A DNA stretch of 64,000 bases from Octopus vulgaris (taxonomy: Eukaryota): positions 104,098,001 to 104,162,000 of the forward strand of contig OX597821.1 in assembly GCA_951406725.2 (NCBI GenBank), written 5' to 3'. The translations under genes were made by a program, and so were the position numbers. Below, piece after piece: positions 56,036 to 64,000 of this stretch (position 1 is the first letter of the stretch; every line of letters begins with the position of its first letter). A model generated the notes under the pieces. The model searched no databases and was not told the origin of the DNA. It was given only the letters and a program-made list of their open reading frames with translations.

Positions 56036-56979
56036 GCAGGGTAAAGTCCAATAAAAAGGAAGACAAAGGAAAAAAGTCACCAACGATTCACAACTGGTTA
56101 CATTTTCAAATGACTGGAAGGGAATGGGAGTGTGTAAGAGAAGGAGATATGTTTGCGTATGTGTAGGTCTCTCTCTCTCTCTCTCGCTCTGTGTAATAGC
56201 ACGTGTGTTTGCATATGTGTGTGTGTGATGTTTGTGTTGTTTGGCTGTTTATATGTACATGAGTGAACTTTGTGTCTGTTAATGTTGTAGGAAGAATTCA
56301 GCAGTATGGTAACAGGAGTGGCAGTACTTTGTGTAGTTGTATGTCTCTTCAGATGTACTTAAGAGTAATGGTCAGTAAAAAGATGTCTGGCTAGCAGCTT
56401 GAATTATGTGTGTGCGTGTGTATTTATGTGTGTGCGTGTATGTATATGCTGTGTGTGTTTTGTGTAGTATGTTCATGCGTCTGTCTGCGTGTGTGTGTAT
56501 ATGTGCATATGTGTGTATGTGCATGTGTGTATGTGTGTGTGTGGGGTTTGTGTGTGTGGTGTATTTGTGCGTTACTGTGTGTGCGTATGTGCATGTGTGC
56601 GTGTGTGTGTATGTGCGTGTGTGCGTATGTGCGTGTGTGCGTATGTGCATGTGTGCGTATGTGCGTGTGTGCGTATGTGCGTGTGTACATGTGTATGCCT
56701 GTGTGTGTTTGTGTGTGTTAGGTTTGTGTGCATTCCTGTGCGTGTGTGCGCGTGCGTGTGAGTTCGAGTGTTATGTGCGTATGTAAGTGTGTAAGTATGT
56801 ACATGTTCTGTGTGTGTGTGGCGTGTGTGTGAGGTATATGTGAGTTAATATGTGCATTGATGTGTGTGCGCGTGTGTGCATTTGTGCGTGTGTTTATGTA
56901 TGCATGTGTGTGTATGTGCGTATTGTATATGCATGAGTGTGTCTGTATGTGTGTCTGTGCATGGGGTTTTGTTATGTGG

Positions 56980-57132
56980 TAATTCCGCCGAGGTCGACTT
57001 TGCCTTTCATCCTTTCGGGGTCGATAAATTAAGTACCAGTTACGCACTGGGGTCGATGTAATCGACTTAATACCTATGTCTGTCCTTGTTTGTCCCCTCT
57101 GTGTTTAGCCCCTTGTGGTTAATAAAGAAATA
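56980..57132 (+). mobile_element. 5'-truncated SINE (39156 family) inside the PLE spacer
   Basis: aattccgccgaggtcgactttgcctttcatcctttcggggtcgataaattaagtaccag...gccccttgtgg. Confidence 0.85.
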
Positions 57133-58305
57133 GGTATATGTGCGTGCCTGTGTGTGTGCGCGTGTATGCTCGTGTGTGCGGGTGTATATGCGTGTGTGTA
57201 TTTTTGCATGTATGCGTGTATGTATGTGCACGTATGTATGTTGTGTGCATGTATGCGTGCGTGTATACAGAAATAAAATACGATATAATAAATAAGATCA
57301 ATAAAGGGAGACAAAAAGGGGAAGGGTACAAATTGTAAAAAAATTATAAAAATAACAGATACAAGATAAAAAATAAAAATAAAATGATAAAAATTGAAGG
57401 GATGAAATAGAAATTAATACAATTATTAAAAAAAAAAACAATGCAATTAAAAGTTAAACAATTCGACGGAAAGAAAACGATAAAAAATCGACAAAATGGG
57501 TAACAGTGTAAAAAAGTAAGTGGGTATGAGAAAGGATAAAATAAGATAAAATCGCACCAAATAAAAGGTTGCTTTCTTTAAGGAGTTTGTAGAGACAATC
57601 GTTAAGAGGGGGAGTTTGTGTTGAGTCCCAAAGGAATTTGTGTTTGTATATTTAAAATGCAACGCTGTTCCAGGTGGAGTTACGAGTGTGTGGATCTGTG
57701 GTGCAGGGTGAGGCCAAGCGGAAATGACGGGCGAGGGGGTGTTCGTACGTAGCCGAACATCTCTTAGATGTTCGGTGAACATCTAAGGCTTGAAGAGGTA
57801 CAGGAGAAGTTTCTAATGTGGAGAGCGTGTTGGTTGGATCCAGTGGGGGAATTGGTGCTGGTGATAAAAGGGAAGGTTGGGCTAGGGGTCTAGAGGGAAG
57901 GGGAGAAGGTGCTACGGACCAGTAGATCACGTAGGTTACGGGCGCGTTTAAGGGACAAGGATGGATTGAGGAAAATGGGATGAGTGGTGGGATTTAGCTG
58001 GAGACGATGGAAGGTGCGTAGGATCCTCCGAAGAAGGAGTAATTTGGAGGGGTGGAAAAAGAGGGGAAAGGGGTGTGGTTTTGGGATTGGTGTGGGAAAG
58101 GAGAGAAGGTGGTAGTGAGATCGATTAGACGAACGCGGGCAAAGGAGGTTGGCACAAGGGTTGTGGTGTATCCTCGATGCATGAACATGGGACTGGTTTT
58201 GAAATCATGGTCCCAGCTGCACAAGCGGCGGAGGGGGAGAGACTGGGAGTAAGGGATGGCCCATTTGGCGTGGGATGAATGGGAGGAGAAGAAGCTGAGG
58301 AAGAG

Positions 58306-58921
58306 AAGGCGATTATGGATCTTAAATTAGGTGTGGTGGAATAGGAGATTTGCATGGATGATTTCTTAAAGATGAGATAGTATTTATGCTATGGTAATAA
58401 ATTATATTTTGGATTTTAAAGAAAAGTTTAGGTAGAGATTTAATTTGGAGAGAGATGGGTGGTGCGAACCATATGATTTTCCGCTTCCTGGTCTTAGAAA
58501 GTTTGGAGTGTGTATTTGTAGGGGGTTGATCAGGAGGGAAAGGAGCTTGTGGCTGCCAGTGGGATGACCGAGTGCGATGTGTAGGGTTTTTTCATGAGTT
58601 GTTGCATTGGTGTTGGAGTGGAAGTAATATTCGTAGATTCAGAGTTAGTATTGGGAAAGAGATGTGCTATTTTAGCTTTAAGCTTAGTATTGGGAATCTG
58701 AATTTTTTTTCGCGGAAGCCGCTTATTTGGAGTGAGTGTTAAAAATGTATTCTTTAGCAGATAAGTTAGGAACTCTAATAGATATCCCCGAGACTACGCT
58801 ATTAACGGTAAGTTTAGGGTGAATAGAGAGAACATTCATATATTGTAGAGATTGGTTGGGTTTATGAAAAGGCTGATATCTATTTATGTTTAAGTCGAGA
58901 GTAACGTCTAAGAAATTAGCC

Positions 58922-58923
<2 letters not shown>
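58306..58923 (-). mobile_element. Remnant of a second, distinct Penelope-like lineage (RT C-terminus and linker)
   Basis: NFLDVTLDL...YQPFHKPN..LQYMNVLSIHP...ISIRVPNLS, then KTRKRKIIWFAPP and HKYYLIFKKSSMQISYSTTPNLRSII. Confidence 0.75.
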
Positions 58924-58972
<49 letters not shown>

Positions 58973-60167
58973 TCAGAATATCAATTTTTTTACTTGAAGC
59001 AAAAAAAAATAAATAGATAAAAATAAGTCACCTTTCGAACATTGAATTTTTTTTGAGGAATGTTTAAATTTTGTTAAGTGTGACTAGTTTAAAAGCAACA
59101 TATAAAATCGTTACGTCTATTTTTCATCTCACTCTAACATAGGTTGGTTTGTATATTTCTAAGGTAAAGCTATTTTACAAGAAGAATAAGAGTGCTGTTG
59201 TAAATCAATGTATGAGCGCAAAAATATTTAATAAGTAAATGGAGAAGACATTTAAGACATTAAAGATGTAAGAAATATCCAAGTACGACATTGATTGATT
59301 GCCGAGATGCATTCGACATTGTGCAGAAACAAAACCGCCTAAATATTATGTGCGTCTATAAACTACGCTATAAGTAAAATTGATAAACATCGATAATACT
59401 TCACTGAATGAAGATAGATAATAGAAGCCAGAAATATGCATATGAGAAACGAAATTTTCCGGAGAGACTCTTTATCTGAACTAAATTTCCTGCAAGCACT
59501 GACAGCAGAATCTTATAATCGATGATTAAAAATAGGATTGACAAACTCTACAGACCATTTGGGTTTCTTCTTCTGTTTAGAATTGTCATCACCTACTTGA
59601 TGTTCCTTTGTGAGAATGCACTCACAATTAATGGGTATGGGATTTTGCGGAATAATATTATATGAAGACATGTATTTAAGACACATTAATGTTACGTCAG
59701 AAGCGACAAACAGAAATCAAACAGAGAACTTGGACAGAAACAATCGCACAATTGAGTTAGATGAGATCGTTTGGATGACACTCGTAGAAATAAAAGTGAA
59801 TATTATAACAGAGTGTCATTTATGCAAGATCAGAAGATTTAATGTACAAAATATTCAGCAGTTTAAAAGGGAGGAGACTGGTATATGCCAACAAAGTAGT
59901 CGATATTTTGTCAATCGACGTGCCAGAAAAAGTTGCCGCTTATTTCTAAAATCACGCGTAGATATTTTAAAAAGGATAGAATGATCACAGTATACAAATA
60001 TAGAGGATGGTTGTAGCTATAAAGTCTTTATTGGTTGATTTTAACAATCAGAGCCTGAAGTGAAATAACATGAGCAATATAACAGCAGAAATTATATTTG
60101 AACATAATTATTTGTAGCATATGGGTAAAGCCTGAGATTTTGTCATAGTAAAGTTGTGGATATAATC

Positions 60168-60398
60168 ACCGCGCTGGCAGAATCGTTAGCACCCCGGGCG
60201 AAATGCATAGTGGTATTTCGTCTGCCGCTACGTTGTGAGTTCAAATTCCGCCGAGGTCGACTTTGCCTTTCATCCTTTCGGGGTCGATTAAGTAAGTACC
60301 AGTTACACACTGGGGTCGATATAATCGACTTAATCCGTTTGTCTGTCCTTCTTTGTCCTCTCTGTGCTTAGCCCCTTGTGGGTAGTAAAGAAATAGAT
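60168..60398 (+). mobile_element. tRNA-derived SINE (39156 family)
   Basis: gctggcagaatcgttagcaccccgggcgaaatgc...gagttcaaattccgccgaggtcgac...gccccttgtgggtagtaaagaaata. Confidence 0.88.
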
Positions 60399-60854
60399 AT
60401 TTGACAGTTTCTGATCTTTATATTTATTGTTCTGAGATAGGAGTGGACTCTGCTGCAGTCACCTATTGTGGACTCGAAAATTTCTTGCCGGACAGCCTGC
60501 AAAAGATAATTCTTTATTGTGTTCAAATGTATATGCTACACATTAGCTCATTTCCATCATCAAATCGACATTACTTGAACAGTTGCAAGGTGTCACGCGT
60601 CAGACGCCAAAGTAATCGCAGAGTAACGCAAGATGAAGCGTTTTACCTCCCAGTCCAGGAATGGAAGCCACGATTCTTTGGTCGTGAGTGCAACACCCAA
60701 CATGCCATGTTAGTGCTCTGCGATAAATAAAAAAACTATTGAATGTGTATTTTAATAAATACACGTAATGAATTCTCTAAAAAGAATAAATAAAAGGAAG
60801 TCGAATCTGCAGATGCATTCAATAACAAGAATTAAAATGAACAAATATTAGATT

Positions 60855-61042
60855 CGAAATTTGGCACAAGGCCGGCAGTTTCTGGGAAGGAACTAAGCCG
60901 ATTACATCGACCCTATTGCTAAACTGGGATTTATTTTAAAGACTCTGAAAGGTCGAAAAGCAAATTGAGCTCGGCGGAATCTGAACTCTGAACGTAAAGG
61001 CAGACGAAATACCGTTAAGCATTTTACCTAGCGTGCTAGTGA
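60855..61042 (-). mobile_element. Older SINE (31790/39156 family)
   Basis: ttggcacaaggccggcag...gattacatcgaccc...ctcggcggaatctgaactctgaacgtaa. Confidence 0.7.
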
Positions 61043-61296
61043 TTCTGCGATCTCAGCGCCTTAAAACGAACAAATGTAAAAGAATTCATTACTAAAAGTA
61101 TAAGGAAGTTATCTTTGAAAGAATCGTTTACACGACTGATCCAGAATTATCTATGTAGATAAGACGTTTTGAAAAGCACAACTGACTCATTCTATGCGGT
61201 GACATTTCTGAAATTCCTAAGTAAGACAATTCAGCAACGTCTTCCTGAACAACCTGCAAAAATTGTTTATTTAATGTGATCAAATGTTTGTGTTAT

Positions 61297-61515
61297 ATGA
61301 GAGAGGTGCTGAAAGGTTCCTGCCTTTAAAAATATCACGAAAGGCCTAGATGGAAGCCCAAACTTCTGAGTTCTTATACGGCGATTAAAGAAACTGAAGG
61401 ACCTCTGGAATAAATGTGTCGATCTGAGAGAGGAATATGTATAAAAATCATAATCAACTGACCCTCTCGTATTTTATTTTACCCAATACCCAGAAAATTC
61501 TCAGGACTCCCCCGC
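61297..61515 (+). mobile_element. Mariner-derived MITE retaining the transposase C-terminal tip
   Basis: ggtgctgaaaggttcctg...; LKKLKDLWNKCVDLRGEYV-like translation; same family as 23011 and 25143. Confidence 0.65.
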
Positions 61516-61818
61516 AAACTAGCTCGCCCTCACCATCAAATCAACACTGCCAAAGCAAGGGCACAGTATACCACACGCCAGATGTTAAAGTGTTTGCGGA
61601 GTAATGTGAGATGAATTGTTTTCTTCAAGTACACAGCATACTGCTCGATACAGAAATTGAAACCACAGTCACGCGATTGTGAGTGAAATATATTAGGTCC
61701 TTGGAATGGCCCCTTATCGTTTCTGAAATAATACTAAGAAAATATCTCGACACATGAAAGCAACTTATAAATATCCAAAAGATCTGGGCAGATTCAGAAA
61801 CAAGGACGTAAAAGCCGG

Positions 61819-61940
61819 AATAATTAACCCCGAACATTTTTGCTATTTACATTAATTACCCCCGAACATTTTTGCCATTTACATTAATTATCCCCGTACA
61901 TTTTTGCCATTTACATAAATTACCACCGAACATTTTTGCC
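61819..61940. repeat. Minisatellite, ~33-bp unit, ~3.7 copies
   Basis: aatta.ccccgaacatttttgc.atttacatt is repeated in tandem. Confidence 0.85.
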
Positions 61941-62810
61941 AAAGTTTTTAGGAGACAACAGACCTACAAATCATATAGCTCGAATATCGTAAACCAAAAC
62001 AAAAATCATATGCTACATAGGAAAATCACTAAATTACTCCCTCAATTCTGAAATATCTTCCATAATATCTCATACAAAGAGAATAAAATTAAGTGATTAA
62101 GTACTGACCGGAATACCAGGATTCATAATGCATCTTATCTGGTCTCCATGACATATAAGTGACCGAGATCACAAAATCCCTCCTAAGGGGGGTGCCAGTC
62201 CATTGCAGGTTTACTCATTTTCAACTGTGTGGACAGCAACAAAGTGGTAGGCAGTGTTTTGCTCAAGAATTCAAGGTGTTGCCGAGTCCAGATATCGAAA
62301 ACACTATAGTACCACCGTGAGTTTATCACACCTTAATCACTAGATCACGTGCCTTCGTACAGTGTATATAACTACCTCATGTTCAAGGAGGTGTGTTGGG
62401 GAAAATAAGCAATTCTTGGTCAACTATTGACATTAATTATAATGGGGCTAGAAAAAACATGGTTAGAAACGTAGTATAATATTTACCGTATTAAGGGAAC
62501 ATAAAACAAATTTTTATAAAATAATTTCTCATTATATTATGAAACTATATTGTATGAACGAGAATCTAAAATACGTCCAGGGTCAAGGTGAAAACTATGC
62601 AAAAATCGACCTTCCAAAAGTATAAGATGAAAAAAAAAAATACTAGTCTGATCTAATATCTGCATAAAAATCAATTCCGGGCTAAAAAAAAAGGAGGGGA
62701 ATTATTAATAAAGAAAAAAAGAATAATAGGGAAATATAATAAAATATTTTAATAATTGCATAAATACTTATTAGTTTCTCATTCGGAACATACATACATA
62801 CAAACACATA

Positions 62811-62874
<64 letters not shown>

Positions 62875-63530
62875 TACATACATACATACACACACTATAT
62901 ATGCATATATATATATAGAGAGAGAGAGAGATGCTTATATGTATGTATATGTATATATACACACACACATATATATTAGAATGATTCCCGATAATGTATC
63001 CATACTGTTGCTAGGTGATGTCCCATCTCTGTTGTAATCTACTTTATAATTTATATACCATACATTGGTTCTCATACTTATATAAGTTACGTTGGCTTTT
63101 GCTCATTTGTCTAGATACGTAAAGTTTGATGTTATCTGAATATTTATTGTTATTATATAAAAAAAAAATGTATTGATTCAATGCATGTAAAGCTGTATAT
63201 AAATATGACCATGGGCAACTGACTCTCGTCATGGATTGCTTTTACGAGATAACTACATCACAATTGATGAACAACAAATAAAGTTCGAGACCATGCAATG
63301 ATTAGATGGAGAGCTGGGTATTATGTTTGATTATAAGGACACCCGCGCTGTAGTGTATTTAGTTCTTATTACTGCTGAGATGACCAGTCAGTGCCCGCCA
63401 CCATAAGGCTGACTGTACGAAGTTATTACGTCCAGTTACGTAGTTCTACTTACTTAAGTATGACAAATATTAGACATGCACTAGGAGATGCCAACTATAT
63501 ACATACATACATACATGCATACATACATAC

Positions 63531-63561
<31 letters not shown>

Positions 63562-63578
63562 TACACGCACATACACAG

Positions 63579-63612
<34 letters not shown>

Positions 63613-63670
63613 TTATAAAAAAAAAGTTAGAAAACACTATTATATAAGATAAATTTTAATTTTCTTAGAA

Positions 63671-63716
63671 ATTTTACGTTTCGGTTCTTCTTGAAAAAAC
63701 GAACCTTATCAAAAAT
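63671..63716 (-). ncRNA. Minimal hammerhead motif with a compensatory U3-A8 core
   Basis: auuu-UUGAUAA-GGUUC-(13 nt)-GAACC-GAA-ACGU-A-aaau; stems I and II pair perfectly, GUA triplet. Confidence 0.6.
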
Positions 63717-63867
63717 ATTTTTAAAAGTGAAGTGTAATAAAAAAGTTCATAATTGTTCTTACTAGTCTCAACAGAGTCCACGTGGTGGTTTTTTTGTTGG
63801 GGAGAGCATAATAGCTGTCTTGTGTGTAGACTAGATTCTTCGGCTGTAGGTCGGGAAATGACCAGTG

Positions 63868-63901
63868 GCCGAAATAGCAGTAGTAGCAGTGACTGTTGGT
63901 C

Positions 63902-64000
<99 letters not shown>
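63868..64000. repeat. (TAG)n/(CAG)n trinucleotide microsatellite
   Basis: Seen directly. Confidence 0.95.

Larger units (their letters stand above)
55925..58305 (-). mobile_element. Penelope-like element remnant (RT thumb + GIY-YIG), CA-rich spacer and pseudo-LTR
   Basis: SSHAKWAIPYSQSLPLRRLCSWDHDF...HRGY at ~58170-58290; FTEHLRDVRL...PLARHF at ~57715-57782. The pLTR shares acgtcctcgcgttgttgt with 54738. Hammerhead-like motif at 56004-56035. Confidence 0.8.

Noticed and set aside
59610-59984. 124-aa non-repetitive ORF
   Set aside because: GTG start, no recognisable motif or splice context; possibly decayed transposon sequence.
61819-61940. ~33-bp repeats of CRISPR-like length
   Set aside because: Head-to-tail with no unique spacers, no cas genes and a eukaryotic context; it is a minisatellite.

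Overview
AT-rich, microsatellite-saturated metazoan DNA. The density of (TA)n/(CA)n/(TATC)n/(TAA)n and the tRNA-derived SINE families suggest a coleoid cephalopod such as Octopus; this is an inference. No host protein-coding gene can be supported, and nearly all listed ORFs are microsatellite translations. The window is a transposon graveyard. It holds a near-complete DD34E Tc1 element with IR/DR ends, mariner elements and MITEs, RTE and R4/Dong-type LINE remnants, many modular SINEs (several with target-site duplications) and four Penelope-like element (PLE) remnants. The most interesting signals are non-coding. (1) At least eight minimal type-I hammerhead-ribozyme-like motifs with palindromic stem III sit in PLE pseudo-LTRs and in small inverted-repeat islands inside microsatellites; two show the compensatory U3-A8 core swap. 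(2) A twice-occurring ~160-nt element has two compensatory base-pair changes between copies. (3) An exact 85-bp inverted repeat with arms 3.3 kb apart lies in otherwise unique sequence. (4) Many fold-back structures could form long dsRNA. Coordinates of degenerate repeats are approximate.
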